Source: an uncultured delta proteobacterium (GTDB taxonomy: Bacteria; Myxococcota_A; Polyangia; Polyangiales; Houyiibacteriaceae). From it: DNA of 64,000 nucleotides. Positions 63,387-64,000 of the stretch are shown piece after piece. Made by a program: the position numbers and the translations under genes. Within the stretch, counting starts at the first letter, position 1; the number at the start of each line of letters is the position of its first letter. The notes below the pieces were generated by a model, which saw only the letters and a program-made list of their open reading frames with translations, searched no databases and was not told the origin of the DNA. The stretch covers positions 256,001 to 320,000 of the forward strand of contig CAVOVB010000003.1 of assembly GCA_963699755.1 (NCBI GenBank), written 5' to 3'.

Positions 63387-64000
63387 GATGCGGTCACCTT
63401 AGCGCGTTGTCGCCTCTGCTCCACCAACTTTCGGGCGCTAACCAAGACCATCGGAATCACGAACCAGCCTGCGGTCCAGGCGCCGGGCCCGATGAAGGCG
63501 AAGCCGGTATTCAAAAAGGCGGTGACCGGTTCGATGATCGCGCTCCGGAGCACCTCGTCTTTTTCGCTGTCGTTCAGATCAGCGCGCGTGAGGCCGTTCT
63601 TGCGCGCGTAGGACCAGCCTGCGACGCCGATGAAGCCCGAAAGGGCAAGCGAAAGGGATTGCCCAACCGGTGAGGAAAGGCTCTCGAGCTTCGGGTCTGC
63701 GATCGCGAAAAACAGGAACAGACAAACGAAAATCAATTGCAAAAGACACAGCAGCGTGTGTCTTGGGTTGGTTCTCTCCAGAGGCCCCAGCAGCTTGTGC
63801 GTCAGGTTCCAGGAGATCAGGGTCAAACCGACCGCGATGATCAATCGTAGCAAGTCAGTGGAATTTTCGATCAGCAGCGACAGCAATCCGTAGGGGAGCG
63901 CTTGCCAGGCCATGTCCTCGGTGTGGGGGAGGAACATGATGAAGTCCACGAAGAGCACCGCATACGCGACATCGAGAACGGTCTCGAGCCGACGCAGCTG
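63383..64000 (-). CDS. TMEM175/DUF1211-like membrane protein (5'-partial)
   Basis: Frame is open to the window edge; RRLETVLDVAYA resembles RLEAFSDGVFA; WNLTHKL; about six TM helices. Confidence 0.55.
   Translation of the reverse strand, partial: QLRRLETVLDVAYAVLFVDFIMFLPHTEDMAWQALPYGLLSLLIENSTDLLRLIIAVGLTLISWNLTHKLLGPLERTNPRHTLLCLLQLIFVCLFLFFAIADPKLESLSSPVGQSLSLALSGFIGVAGWSYARKNGLTRADLNDSEKDEVLRSAIIEPVTAFLNTGFAFIGPGAWTAGWFVIPMVLVSARKLVEQRRQRAKVTAS

Overview
GC-rich, gene-dense chromosomal window. The Myxococcus-type Cys-rich repeat proteins, Gly-tethered lipoproteins and OmpA/MotB paralogue suggest a Myxococcota (Polyangia-like) bacterium (inference). I saw no rRNA, tRNA, CRISPR array or transposase. 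Main content, in order: two secreted Cys-rich repeat proteins, one with five near-identical 99-bp tandem units; an Ada-AlkA fusion whose glycosylase motifs are degenerate; a peptide ligation/proteolysis locus (circularly permuted ATP-grasp, alpha-E, an unusual class II GATase-transglutaminase fusion, transglutaminase, DUF2126-like ligase, Anbu) interrupted by an actinobacterial-like hydrolase; an island with sigma54-like promoters (USP, ppsA, acsA, pdhABC, acyl carrier protein, P-type ATPase, CBS protein) that has no E3; a Mo-oxidoreductase; two adjacent Rieske-fused enzymes; hemB, M48 peptidase, haloalkane dehalogenase, PPK2, thiD; a topo IV-like pair in A-then-B order followed by a double-TRASH-domain ParA and a ribbon-helix-helix partner; guaB-guaA; and envelope lipoproteins. 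Two copies of an unannotated palindromic intergenic element (39.76-40.01 kb and 58.37-58.57 kb) have conserved ends and different interiors. Best candidates for an undescribed system are the TRASH-ParA/RHH module, the GATase-TGase/Gln-tail variant of the Anbu locus, the PDH-ACP island and the dispersed palindromic element. All family calls come from motif recognition by eye, not database searches, and several start codons were re-chosen from the ORF track.
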